Assembly (NCBI GenBank): GCA_050575255.1
Contig: JBNZDD010013690.1
Span: 4,329,686 to 4,393,685 of the forward strand
Source: Harriotta raleighana
Taxonomy: Eukaryota
Length of the DNA: 64,000 nucleotides
Direction: 5' to 3'
The translations under genes and the position numbers were made by a program. The notes beneath the pieces were generated by a model, which worked only from the letters and a program-made list of their open reading frames with translations, made no database searches and had not been told where the DNA came from. Numbering within the stretch: the first letter of the stretch is position 1; every line of letters begins with the position of its first letter. Positions 51,399 through 64,000 of this stretch are shown here, one piece after another.

Positions 51399-51895
51399 CA
51401 TAGAATCATACAGCACAGAAGGAGGCCATTTGGTCCATCATGTCTGTGCCGGATGTTTGAAAAGAGCTGTATAAATCAATCCCACTTCCCCGCGCTCTCC
51501 CCATAGCTCTGCAAACTTGTCCTCTCCAAATAACTAACTACTTCTCTCTTAAAAGTTGTTATCGGCTTGCTGTGTGATACAATTTCTCCTCACCTCCCTT
51601 CGGTTTCCTTTAACAACTGTTTTAAATGAGCGTCCTCATGTTACCGATCCATTCGCCAGTGCAAATAGTTTCTCTTTGATCACCCCATCGAATCCCCTGA
51701 TAATTTTGAAAACTTCTGTTAAGTCTCCTCTTAACCTTCTTTGCTCCAAGGAGAATAATGCTGGCTTCTCTTGTATCTTCTGATAACTGAAGTTCCTCAT
51801 TCCTGGTACATTCCTGGTCAATCTCCTTTGCACCCTCTAACCCAGAACTGAACACAGTACAATAGCTGACGCCTAACCAGTGATTTATAAAAGTT
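51399..51895 (-). mobile_element. CR1 LINE 3' end
   Basis: LFSLEQRRLRGDLTEVFKIIRGFD; GAATGGCCT-like 3' stem region and TTCTATG tail. Shorter relatives at ~11841-12080 and ~62368-62600. Confidence 0.88.
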
Positions 51896-52254
51896 CAAAC
51901 GTTTAAAGGTCCTGAAATTATCATATTACACTTCATGTAGTGCCAACGTCTAACTGTTGTATGTGGAGGTAACCGGAGATCTGACGCAGATCTGAGCAGA
52001 ACGTCATTGCAACTTTGACATTCAACATTGGGAAACCAGTAGTCACAATTAATGCAATTCTTGCATGTTACAGATTAGAACCTCTGTACCACATTACAAC
52101 AACAAGAAAATTACATTTATAGAGCGCCTTTCATGTCTTGGCTGAGACATTACAATATTTGAAATTGTTTCCTAAACATTGCATCAATGGAACGAGAGTA
52201 AAAATGTAATAATTTTACTTTAACCAAAAAAGATATGATTCCAATTTGACCCTA

Positions 52255-53385
52255 TGACACCCAAATGAGATCATTTGGACTAAAATAAAACAGAATAAGG
52301 AGACTTATGAAAAATGACAGGCTTGAAATTCAGAAGGCAACCAAATGAAATATAGAGAGTATAGAGGGGAACTAAAAAAAGAAATGAGGAGCAAAAAGAT
52401 TATACGAGAAAAGATTTAGCAGGTGACATTAAAGGCAACCCAAAGGTATTTTACAAGCATATCAAGAATAAAAGGTTTGTCAAAGGAAGGTTGGGGCCAA
52501 TTATGGACCAAGGCAGAAATCTTCTTGTGGAGCAGTAAATAATGAGGAGGATAGCAGCAGACTGCAAGAGGACATAGACAGAATGCTAAAATGGGCAGAT
52601 ACACGGCGGATGAAGTTTAATGTGGATAAATACGAGGTAATGCATTTTGGGAGAAAGAATAAGGAGAGGCAAAATAGGCTAGATAGTACAATCATAAGGG
52701 GGGTGAAGGAAAAGAAAGACCTGGGGTTTCATGTAAGTAAATCGTTGAAGGTGGCAGGACAGGTAGGTAAGCCTGTTAAAAAAAAAAGTATATGGGGTTC
52801 CTAGGCTTTATAAATAGGGGCATAGAGTACAAAAGTCAGGAAATTATGATTAACCTGTATAAAATGCTGGTTAAGCCTCAGCTACATTACTGTGTTCAGT
52901 TCTGGGCAACCCAATTCAGGAAGGATGCTAAGGCATTCGAAAGGGTTCAGAGGAGATTTACCAGGATGGTACCAGGAATGAGGGACTTCAGTTATGAGGA
53001 AAGGTTAGAGAGGCTAGGTTTATACTCATTGGGGCAAAGAAGGTTATGAGGAGACTTAATAGAGGGGATCATGAGGGGATTCGATAGGGTAAACAGGGAA
53101 AAACTGTTTCCACTAGAGAGTGTATCAGTCACCCGAGGTCACAGATTTAAAATAGTTTCTAAAAGAAGCAGAGGGGAGGTGAGGAGAAATGTTTTCATGC
53201 AGCAAGTTGTTGGAATCTAGCATGCATTGCCTAAAAGGGTGGTGGAGTTCGATAACAAATTTTAAAAGAGAGATGGGTGGTTATTTGGTGGGTGACAAAT
53301 TTGCGGGGTTATGGGGAGAGAGCTAGGGAGTGGGATTGACTTTGAATGGATAAACTCAAACAGAAGATTAATGGCCTGAAGGTCT
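52255..53385 (+). mobile_element. CR1 LINE, different subfamily, internally deleted and degenerate
   Basis: ORF fragments WADTRRMKFNVDKYEVMHFG and LVKPQLHYCVQFWA...ERVQRRFTRMVPGM. Confidence 0.9.
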
Positions 53386-54035
53386 TTGCATAATGAAAAT
53401 CTGTTAATTGTTCTCAATCGTTCTATTTAATACCTCATTAGTCACTAATTAGACTGGATTCCAGCCAGATATAATTATTAATTTCAAAGCCTTTAACTGT
53501 CATGCTGTACACCTTCTACCAACATTTTGTATTAAGCAGATTTTATTCATTTCCTTTTAAAATTGGAACGCCCTCATAATTATGTACAGAACTGTAAAAA
53601 GGCATTATAGAAATAATCCTTACTATGCCCTCTGGAATTCTATTCCAACATCCCTCCAACTCTCTTTCTGTTTTCAAACCCCATCTAAAGATCTATTGCT
53701 TTGAACCTTGATATCTCCCACCATCTCTCTCTCAACTCAAGCTCCCATTCTATCTATGTAAAGTTGTTGGAGATGCTTGTCTATGAGAAAGGTTCCATTC
53801 AAGTGCAAATAGTTGTCATTGTTGCCAGGAGACTCACAACAGCTCCCTGCAGTCCAAGGTTGAATGCCATATCCTTTACAACATACTTTGTTGTCACAAA
53901 TATCTCAAAGATCTTTCTTGATGAAGGGACTCAGATCTCTGAAGATGGGCCTGGTGATCAAACTTGAAGATGAGCAGCAATTTTCCAGCCCCTATGAATT
54001 TCCAATGTTGAGTTAACTGATGATTTCTAACTTAC

Positions 54036-54135
54036 ATGTCTGGGGTTGAATATTCTGGGGCTCTCATCCTAGTGCCTTCCTTTAATCTTCTGCAGAAGTC
54101 CTCATCGATCTGGACTCCTGGGTATGGTGATGCTC
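54036..54135 (-). CDS. FLT1: FLT1 exon 25 equivalent
   Basis: tttag|GA...AT|gtaagt; [34 protein letters not shown]. Confidence 0.96.
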
Positions 54136-54682
54136 CTAAATCCAGTAGGCAGGGAAATATGAATTATATTAAGATAGCAGGACAGAAAAGCAAATCAATT
54201 AATTCTGAAGAAAAACATGAATGCTTATTTTTCAATATCTTAATGATACAAACACTATACAGCAGATATCTTATAGAGTGATATCTGTCTGTGACTACAA
54301 TCTTTGCACCTGGCTTAATTGTGCTTAATACCAAGTACCACGTTATGCCATTGTCCAGACCCGCTTTATACCTCCCACCATTTTGATCTAGTTCCACCAC
54401 CCCTCCCACCCCTCCCCCCAGCAAAGACCCTCTGATTCTTTCCCTTCAGCCAATTGTGAATCCATGTCCATATCTTGCCCTTGGAATACAGTGACTGCAG
54501 TTTGTGAAGGAGTATTTTTTGTGGTACTTTGTCAATTTGGAAACTACATCAATTTGGCTGTCAGCTCCTCAGAAAAGTCTAAGGGATTGGTCAGACAAGA
54601 CCTATCCTTTCTGAACCCATATTGGTCACAGTGGTGCTCATGTGATATCCTCTATCCCAACCATGCTGTACATTTCCAGTTA

Positions 54683-54829
<147 letters not shown>

Positions 54830-54885
54830 TTATTGAGAGGAGCATCTCCTTTCGTGAGCTGAATCTTAATCAATGGTTTCAGCTA

Positions 54886-55110
<225 letters not shown>

Positions 55111-56064
55111 CTATACTGAAATTTTTTTTGCGAAACCCCTTTCCTCAAAAAAAATGATAATTTCACATTTTTCCTGGGGAAGTTAGTAGGAGTTCCTCAG
55201 AACATGTGAAAAAAAAGTACAACAAAGTTGCTTGTTTTCAGTGGCAGCTTATCATTAAATACTATTAGTATTAGTGCAGGGCAGGTCTGGATGGGAGGAA
55301 GAGCTGGGTGTCACACACACAGCCACACACTGTGCCTCCAAATGACTGTTACAATCTCTTCAACTCAGTTGGTGTGAATGCTCCAACTTGGCAAACAGAG
55401 GCGACATGTAGAAAAACAAATGTGAACATTTCCACCGTGGTGTTTCCATTACACTCTGCTGAGTCCCAGAACAAAGCACAGGATCTTCCACACGCTACGT
55501 AAAGCAATGACCACGGGATGATAATAACAGATACGAATAAACCGAGCACTTCCTGACTGAACTAGATTAAATACAAAGCAAAGCTCTAGGATGTGGGTAT
55601 TTTTCCAAAGCACCTCATGGGTTCAGATGAATGTGACTGATACATTTACAAACCATAGGATTATTTTATTCAAATAATTTTAATGGCAGAAGCTTAAATA
55701 AATACTGCACCAGTGACAGATTTCAATGCTCTGGTATTTGTCAGATTATCTGGTCCCTTTTGATCACTGTTTTTTTAATATAATTAACTCGTAGTATTCA
55801 GCACTAATTTGTGGATAAAATATGATCGATTTTGTTTCTCAGAATAACTCTCTGTCTGTGCACTCTGGGGGCTAGAAGCACATACCTCTCCCAGTACGAC
55901 TCAGTAACTGAACAATTACACAGGAATTTCCATGTGTAGTTGAAATCTATGGAGCTGTCCATCTGCTGCACATATTCTGAAGCACTGATGGGTCTCTATT
56001 CTAACATCCCTCAACCTATAAACTGAAAACGAGAAGTGTCGACCTCTCCCCAATACTGAGCACT

Positions 56065-56912
56065 AGATGTAGGATCGTAGGCTCGGGGATCCCCTGCCTC
56101 AATGCACTTCACACAATAATTGCCCACAATAGCATATCTTAAAACAGCAGTACATTAACCCAAATAAATGAGAATGAGAAAAATCACAGATCTTTCCGTT
56201 GAACAATCTTCTTTGCCTCCTGCCAACTAGCTGAGTGATATTGGATGAAATTTGTGAGCTAGTCACTGCATCACAGTAAAGCAACTAAGAAACTGCAACT
56301 AAACCTCAGAACTCCACCTCTCACCTCATGGACACTGGAAACTAAGCTTGTTGATCCCCAAAGAGATGCTTTACTCTTTACTCACAGTGAAAGCACTGAC
56401 TAATGTTAATAAACAGTATCTCAAACTAGCCCTATTTGCAGAACAGTTTTTACAGTATTAGTGAGGAACTTATTCAACAGTTGCAAGTTCAAAAATTATA
56501 TATAGACCAAGTTTCCATTGTTAACATCCTGCTTGATTTCACCATCTTTGGCCACAATGTTTGTAGAAGACTAAATTCCTCAGATAGTGCAACTAATCCC
56601 TTATACTCAGTAGATGGAACTGAATATGTTTCAATTCATGCAGTTAGATCATCTTCTCAAATGATCTTAAATGTTGTGGACAAACCTTTCTCAAAGCCAG
56701 AAACTCCATGCCTCGAGCCATCTGGAAACTGTAGCTGATCAGGTCCTCCATGGTGATCGGATACTTGTACAAATCATCGTCGTCTAACAATTATGAAAAA
56801 AAAGAAAAGATCATCTTTGCAATATTCTTGAACCCATTTTCTCATCAGAGAAAACTGCAAACTGAGATGTAGGATCGTAGGCTCGGGGATCCCCTGCCTC
56901 AATGCACTTCAC
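56065..56912 (+). repeat. Perfect 48-bp direct repeat pair (56065-56112; 56865-56912)
   Basis: AGATGTAGGATCGTAGGCTCGGGGATCCCCTGCCTCAATGCACTTCAC occurs twice, 800 bp apart. Confidence 0.95.
56686..56783 (-). CDS. FLT1: FLT1 exon 22 equivalent (98 nt)
   Basis: ttgttag|AC...AAG|gtttgt; [32 protein letters not shown]. Confidence 0.95.
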
Positions 56913-57950
56913 CCATCTCTTTCTGGTAAGCTTTCCTGCTGCTTGGGGGTAAACTATCCCTCAGGTAAGCTCCTTTGCAGAGAGATAGATTACCTGACAT
57001 TCCCAAAATCTACATCTAGAATATCCTTGCATAGGTGGGATGTATGGAATTCTCAGTTTGGAGTAGAAGGAGGAACTTGGCAGAGGAAGGACAGAGCAGT
57101 AGGTCCTAATGTGATCCAGCCAAATCTGACGATGGTCAGTTGGATTTGGTCCAGGCTCATTCGGCAGCTTACACTTGTGCCTTGAGGGATCAGAGAGGGC
57201 TGGTGTACCAGAGGGATTTATGGGTGTATGAAGCAGTTTAGGAGGTGAGGGAGTCAAGGATGGAGCAGAGGGAGTTGTGGAGAAAAGAGAGCGACGATGG
57301 TAGATCGGTCTACGAGGGCCAGAGGGGCAGGAGTTCAGATGACTCCAGCACAGCAGAGAGGCAGAGAGATTTTTTTCCAGGAGTGGTAGATGATGGTAGC
57401 GGTTGAGAAGGGGAAAGAGGTATGGCGGTCTTAAGGGAGATTAAGTGGTGGTTTGATTTGGCTTTATCCGTAATGGTGATGTCCGAGACGGTGAGATCCC
57501 AGGTGATCACCAGGTCAAGGGGGTGACTGTGGACCTGAGTGGCAGAGTAGATGTGGAGTGAGAGGTCAAGAGAGGAGAAGAGGAAAGAGAAGTCAGCAGA
57601 GATAGAGCAAGAGGGGATGAAGTGGAGATTAAAGTCATCTAAGGTGACGAGGCATTCAAAGCTGAGGGGAGATATGAGAGTGGAGATGTTTGAGATAAAG
57701 GTGAGGTAGGGCTCGGGGACAGTGGACAAGGAGGATTTTGAGGTAAAGAGCATGGTGGAGGGGAAAGTGCTGAAAGGAGGGGAAGGTTTCAGAGGAGTAA
57801 CGGGATAGACCGAGGGATTACCAGGAGATGAGAGTCACACCGCCACCACGGAGGTTAGGCCGTGCGATTTGATGAAAGGTGTAGCCTGATTGTGTGGCCT
57901 CAATCAATGGGAATATGTCACCTGAGGTGACTCACTCCAGTGCGAAATCT
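56900..57950 (-). mobile_element. L2-clade LINE endonuclease fragment
   Basis: ORF 57310-57753 with DDFNLH, HPLDLVIT and SNHHLI (AP-endonuclease GDFN/LDL/SDH motifs); pyrimidine-rich coding strand. Confidence 0.85.
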
Positions 57951-58826
57951 AGCACTAATGTAGATTAATAGGATCAAATGGCCTTCTTCTATACTATAAG
58001 AACAATCTTTTTTGGCTGATATAATTTTTTAACCTTGGACAAAATTGAAAACCAACAAATCTTGGATGGCTATAGGTAGTCATTATCTCCAGCAACAAAC
58101 AGACTCCAAACAATTGAATGTCACTGGACAAGTAGTTCATTTTGCACTCTTGTTTTATTTAATTAGGACTGTGACAGATTAATAACCTCTGGGTCCCACA
58201 ATGATCTGACTGTTTATATTTCACTGGAGGGTGGAGTCAGTGTTGCTACTTGAGAAAACTCAAAGAAGGGTAAACTGCTCCCCATAAACCTACTGTACGT
58301 GCAGATTCTGATGTGCTGCAATCAACCACATCCTTCCTAACACATCAGTGTGATTCATACATAGTCCTTCTGCTCTTCCTGATTCTCCATGATTCCCAGC
58401 ATCCCTGATGATCACTAATCTCCTTTTTTTTCCCATGACATCCCTATTTAGCGGTGCTTTCATCTCTCTTACTCTCTCAACCTGTGGTCTAATTTGAGCA
58501 ATTTATTTACGTGATTTCTTGATAACTAATCTAAATTACACGATTTTGGTCCTTTGGATGAGCTATGGAACCCAAGGACTCACCTTCCTATTTAGGCGGA
58601 CAAGATAAAATAATTTTTCTGACATCGTGGCTAACAATCGCCCAGATAAAATTCAGATAGTCACTTCATGAATATGGCTGTTGGATATTGAAGTGTGCTT
58701 ATTGACTGCCTTATTCAATTACAGTCACTACACTTTTTAGTAAATCCCACGTGAAGCACTTTGAGAGTTTTGTCAATGTGGTTGAAGCACAACAACAACA
58801 ACTTGCATTTACATAGCACCCAGACA

Positions 58827-59012
58827 TGGTCACAGAGTGCTTAGAGCACTACATCAAATGCAAGGATTATTATTATTATGATTAATTAGGAACTCCTTCC
58901 TGTAACCAGGAGTACATCACANGTGGTCACAGAGTGCTTAGAGCACTACATCAAATGCAAGGATTATTATGATTAATTAGGAACTCCTTCCTGTAACCAG
59001 GAGTACATCACA
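58827..59012 (+). repeat. ~90-bp tandem duplication around a single N (58922)
   Basis: 58827-58921 vs 58924-59012; copies differ by two ATT units. Confidence 0.92.
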
Positions 59013-59514
59013 CTAACCCATGGGAATTCCATTCAGAGGTAGATTGCTTCGGAACTGAGTTCCCACGGGCGATGGGAATTATAACAGATTCTTTATTAAG
59101 GAATCCTGTTAAGAAATATCCATGTGCATGCATACAAAATGAAACCACAATTGTCATAATGAATCCTGAACTCAGTTGTTGGAAACAAACAGTCTTTGAC
59201 AATGCGAGATTACTGATCAAGAGAACAAAAGGTCACTACCTTTTGAAATACACTGGAATAAGAAGCAATGGGCTGCTTGCACAAGGACATGAAATAAGGT
59301 GTTTAATAAACTAAGCATTTCTTGGAATGTATGACTCTTCTCCAGTGACCTATAAACTGTCCTGTGTTATGACACAATCCCATTGTTTCTATAACCTAGT
59401 ATTATTTCCCTTCCTACTTCCCTCTTGAATCATTTAATGCTGCTTGCTACATTTTGGGTGGAAGCAAGCTCAGCAGGTGGTATGAACATGAGCAGTGACG
59501 TAAATAATAAACAT

Positions 59515-59811
59515 ATTAATCCTTGTAATTGATATCGCGCTCTTCACTTCTTCTGGATGTCTTAAAGCGCTTCACAGAATATACTGTAAAGTGAATTGAC
59601 TGTACACATATGGGTGAAATGCGGCAGCCAATTGCACAAAGCAGTGTCCCACAAACACTCATGGATTGAAATGACCAATTTATTATTGGGTTTTTTCAAC
59701 TGATTATTATCAGGTGTGTGGAGTAAGGAAACTTGCCCAAGGTTTCGCCTGTAATCGAACCCAGGTTTCTTGCTTGTAAGGCAAGTGCTCTAATCACTGA
59801 ACTATAGGACT
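59515..59811 (-). mobile_element. Young tRNA SINE
   Basis: Full-length family match. Confidence 0.88.
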
Positions 59812-60469
59812 CTGCAGTAGATCATCCATAAACCATCAGTCAGCATGATTTAAATATCAATAATACTACTACTAATAATAAATCTTACATTTACTAAAGA
59901 GTACATTTGTTATCACTTTATCAAAACGTCTCAAAGTGCTTCATAAGATATACCATATATGTCTATTTTGTGAGCGAAATTTTTGGGAGATTCACTAAAC
60001 AAACTGGTTTGGATAGCGGAGGAGGTGGAGTGGGAGTGCGGTATTTGAATTAGGGAGATAGATTATTTGAAAACGGGACTGGCCACATGAATTGTCATGA
60101 TCTCTTCCAGTTCTGCACATTCCTAAGATTTAGAGGTCATCAGTGTTCACAATTCCTATCAATGTTCTGGTATTTTTCCTTCCGCTTTGTGTTAATTCTG
60201 TCTGCTACTTTTTTTCAGCTCCCAGAGATGAATAGTGTCAGAATAACACAGTGAAGCTTCCCACCAGCTGCTCTGGAACCCTGATAAGAACTGCTTCTCA
60301 ATCGTGGCACTTTGAGTATTTTTATTCTGTTCCAGACTTGAAAGTTGTGCCTCCCTTATTAAGAATATCCCACGGATGTTTATTACACAGATAATCAGCA
60401 AGGACTTCAAAGATAGTTTAGTGTAAAAATAACTCTGAAGCAGTAAACCAGGAAGGAATCAGTTCTTAC

Positions 60470-60629
60470 CCTCCTCTTCCTCTTCAACATCACTCACAGT
60501 CTTATCTTCATCAAAACCAGAGCTGGTGGAACTCTCAGAACTTGTGACACTTGCCAGCCGTTGCTTTTTATTCTCTGTTTGTTCCATGTGTGTCTTCTCT
60601 CCGTTTTGATCTGGCTGCACAGTTTTCTC
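60470..60629 (-). CDS. FLT1: FLT1/VEGFR1 kinase-insert exon (human exon 21 equivalent)
   Basis: tttctgtcaag|GAG...GAG G|gtaaga; EKTVQPDQNGEKTHMEQTENKKQRLASVTSSESSTSSGFDEDKTVSDVEEEEE. The acceptor (AAG) is less certain than the donor. Confidence 0.88.
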
Positions 60630-62051
60630 CTTGACAGAAATGGCAGAAATGGGATCAGAAAACTTTGAAGCGCCATTGGATATATTTTTCAAACAAGCAG
60701 GAGTTTTTTTTGTTAAGCTCTGTGCTTCATGTCTGTCAGATTTGATATATTCTCTCCCCGACCACCCACTTGTCACTGTGTCAGATCACTTTTCCAGCCA
60801 GGCAAGCAAGTAGAAAAGAGACCTGCTAACTTCTACCTGAAAAGAAAAGTCCCCTTCATCAAAAATCCCAGTTGTTAATCATTAAAGCCAGTGGAGTAGA
60901 ATTCTACAATGGTACAGCACAGATAGAGTCCATTTGGCCTATTAAAAACTTGTGTTACTTTTTGTCCAAAAGAATCTAAATTAATCTCACTCCCCACCCC
61001 TTGTCTCACTTTCTCTCTTCCCATCTTTCATGATTCCCACTCAGTTGTGCAAAAAGCTTTGAGATATCGCCCCAGCATAACGGGTCCTATATAAATTGTT
61101 GTTAGTTCACCCTCCTACAAGCATGTCTATTATAACAGCAACCACAACAGCTTGCATTTATACAGCACCCATCATACAGAGTAGCGTCCCAGGTGCTTAA
61201 TACTCCATTTGGTTTTTAACAAATGTGAAGCCTTATAATTCTATGAACAGTCATCTAGCAACCTCACTGTACTTGTGTTGTGGAACCCTTAATACATTAT
61301 CTTTCGCCCACAAATATACAGTAAATTCACTGTACAGTATATTCTGTGAAGCGCTTTGAGGCGTCTAGAAGATGTGAAAAGCGCTATATCAAATGCCAGG
61401 ATTATTATTTATTATATTATATAATATAAATCAATCTGTGCATTCGATTGAATTGCCATATAGGTTTAGATGACAAGTGGATATCAATTCACTTGCTGGT
61501 GTGACTCATTTGTTCCTTTGTTTAACTTTACACCAGCTGGTGAAGAGACAGCTGGAGATATAGAGTTAGCATGGATCCTCCCCTTGTGGTAACATTATAC
61601 AATGAAGTCTACTCCCCCTCCATCATATGAATGGAGTGGAAACTGATTCATTCAACTATTATTTATAGAAATTAATGGGAGTTATTTTCTTAGCAACATT
61701 TTGTTTTGGGTTCACATTCAGGAAGCATCCGATCACGTCAGCCAACTTTTAAAAGAGGCATAAGATGTGAGGCTACCTTATGCAGTACAAAGTTATTTCT
61801 CTTGATCTTGAGGTAGTTGGAGAGATTCCCGTATTTACAGTATTCAACAATTACCAGTAGAGGCCCTGTGGATTGCAGAAGAATATATACAACTGTTAAA
61901 TAGCTTAATAAATAATAGTGGAATTGGTATTTGATATACTGGAGTCCTTACAATGTCAACATCTGATACCACATCATATGTAACTGCTGTAAAATGATGT
62001 GACATTGAATAGGGAGGTGAACACAATTTGCACAATGTCCCACAAATAGCT

Positions 62052-62310
62052 ACAACAACAACAACAATAAAATTGCATTTATAGAGCGTCTTTCGTGTCG
62101 GGAGGACGTCCCAAGGCACTCAACAGTCAGGTCGGAATCCGAGCAAGGGAGAGGGGCAGTAGGAGGGAGGGGCAGGGAGAGAGTTAGGAGGGAAGCAGAA
62201 GGCATGATCGAAGAGGAAGATCTTGAGACAAGCCTTGAAGGAGGCAAAGGAGGAAGCGAGGCGAAAGCATGGTGGGATGGAGTTCCAGAGTGTGTTGGGG
62301 AAAGAGCTAA
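62052..62310 (-). mobile_element. L2-type 3' end with (TTG)n tail; representative of >10 short copies (e.g. ~13030-13275 +, 14770-14990 -, 19168-19320 -, 22510-22720 +, 63580-63673 -)
   Basis: Shared terminus CCTTGGGACGTCCTCC..ATGAAAGGCGCTCTATAAATGTAATTTT(GTT)n. Confidence 0.8.
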
Positions 62311-63674
62311 GAAGTAAATTTAACCAATATTTCCGAGGATTGTTGCCCAGGTCATCATTTCATAAGATCATAGAATTATACAAAACAGAAGGAGGTCATT
62401 CAGACCATCATACCTGTGTCGGCTCTTTGAAAAGAGCTGTCCAAATCAATCCCACTCCCCCACTCTCTTCCCATAGCCCTGCCAACTTACCCTCCCCAAA
62501 TAATTATACACTTCTCCCTTAACAGTTGTTATCAAACTGACGTCCACCACCTTTTCAGGCAATGCATTCCAGATCCAAACAACTCACTGTGAGAAAAAAC
62601 ATAATGTCCCTACTCTTTTCAAATTGGATTACTGCATATTGTTCAATAATATCAGCAGGTGTACCTCAGGTTTAAGGACAGTGATCCCCCAGGACTGCAT
62701 TAGAGTGTTGCCTCAGTTATGTGAGTTTAAAGTCCTAACATAGAGCTTCAACCCACACACTTCTGACCCAGAAACAAATTAATCTTTTATTTATTAAAAA
62801 AAGGTATCTTGATGGGCATAATATTCTCTTGAAATCTTACCATGTTAGAGGCTGACTAAGTATATCAAATTCATTACGTTTCTGAGACGATGAGGGTGTT
62901 GAAACAGAAAGTTTCTATGTCACTTCAGCTCCCAGCATCCAATGCCGCTCAGTGGAAGAACAGCGCATGCTGGCGATTTAGAACTGAGACATCTGTCTCG
63001 GGCTATATCAGAAACACTACACTGTCTTTCATCTTCATGCAGCAAACCAATAGCTTTTGTCAGTCTGTGCCTTACACTCTCTAGAATTAGGCAAGCTAGA
63101 GGCACCACTCCAGGGAACGAGTGCACATTCCATTACACGGGAACTTCTATATGTGGGCGAGATGCATGATTGGATTGGATTGGATACTCTTGAACAGACA
63201 ACCGATTGACCCCCAAAAAACACTTTCTCTCCCTCCTCCCAAAACTAGAGGCAAGTGCTTACGCAGCAAAGTTTTGTTACATCTTTTATTTGAAAGTGTC
63301 CTTTCTTCTTTTAAGTAAATTACACGGTCAAAGTTTGAAATCCTAGTGGGTTATCTATCACCTACCTCCATGCCTGGTGCACGCTCCCAGCAGATTCACC
63401 ACATTCAGGTGGTTTCCAATGTGGATCAAAATCTTCAATTCTGACATTAATGCTTTATATTCACTGGCTGTGGCCCCCTCTGGCAAGAAAATATTATTAG
63501 ACACCTTAAAAGATTTTGAACAAGAACTTCCAACATCCTCTCCATAAATTTAAGGAAAAGTAATTAGATTTGTGTATTACAATATTAAATTACATTTGTA
63601 TAGTGCCTTTCACATTAGGAGGACATCCTTAGGCATTGGACAATCAGGAATTTGGACCCCAGCAATGGGATTGN

Positions 63675-64000
63675 ATTATACAATGAAGTCTACTCCCCCT
63701 CCATCATATGAATGGAGTGGAAACTGATTCATTCAACTATTATTTATAGAAATTAATGGGAGTTATTTTCTTAGCAACATTTTGTTTTGGGTTCACATTC
63801 AGGAAGCATCCGATCACGTCAGCCAACTTTTAAAAGAGGCATAAGATGTGAGGCTACCTTATGCAGTACAAAGTTATTTCTCTTGATCTTGAGGTAGTTG
63901 GAGAGATTCCCGTATTTACAGTATTCAACAATTACCAGTAGAGGCCCTGTGGATTGCAGAAGAATATATACAACTGTTAAATAGCTTAATAAATAATAGT
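63675..64000 (+). repeat. Repeat of 61594-61919 starting directly after a single N (63674)
   Basis: Same sequence at offset 2081, running off the window end. Confidence 0.93.

Noticed and set aside
60630-64000. FLT1 exon 20 (GPLMVIVEYC-type)
   Set aside because: No matching reading frame found; it presumably lies beyond the window

Overview
Vertebrate (most likely cartilaginous-fish, judging by the repeat families) genomic DNA, AT-rich, intron- and repeat-dominated. It holds two convergent genes. On + are the last four coding exons and the ~3 kb 3'UTR of PAN3 (1670-7437, poly(A) signal ~10396). On - are the kinase-insert to C-terminal exons of FLT1/VEGFR1 (equivalent to human exons 21-30), the same tail-to-tail arrangement as in human. 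Bases 13163-30474 reappear, apparently identically, at 30485-47796 on the other side of a 10-N gap, so FLT1 exons 26-30 appear twice; this is most likely an assembly overlap artefact, and two smaller N-flanked duplications occur at ~58.9 kb and ~63.7 kb. The rest is CR1 and L2 LINE fragments and two tRNA-derived SINE families. The most notable non-routine signals are a 256-bp palindromic, TSD-flanked insert carrying two opposed minimal hammerhead-ribozyme motifs in a PAN3 intron, a perfect 48-bp direct repeat bracketing FLT1 exon 22, a TGCACT miRNA-seed cluster in the PAN3 3'UTR, and divergent features of the FLT1 tail. I found no convincing new multi-gene system. Almost all ORF-track entries are spurious or repeat-derived. 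Exon coordinates were read by eye from splice sites; repeat boundaries are approximate.
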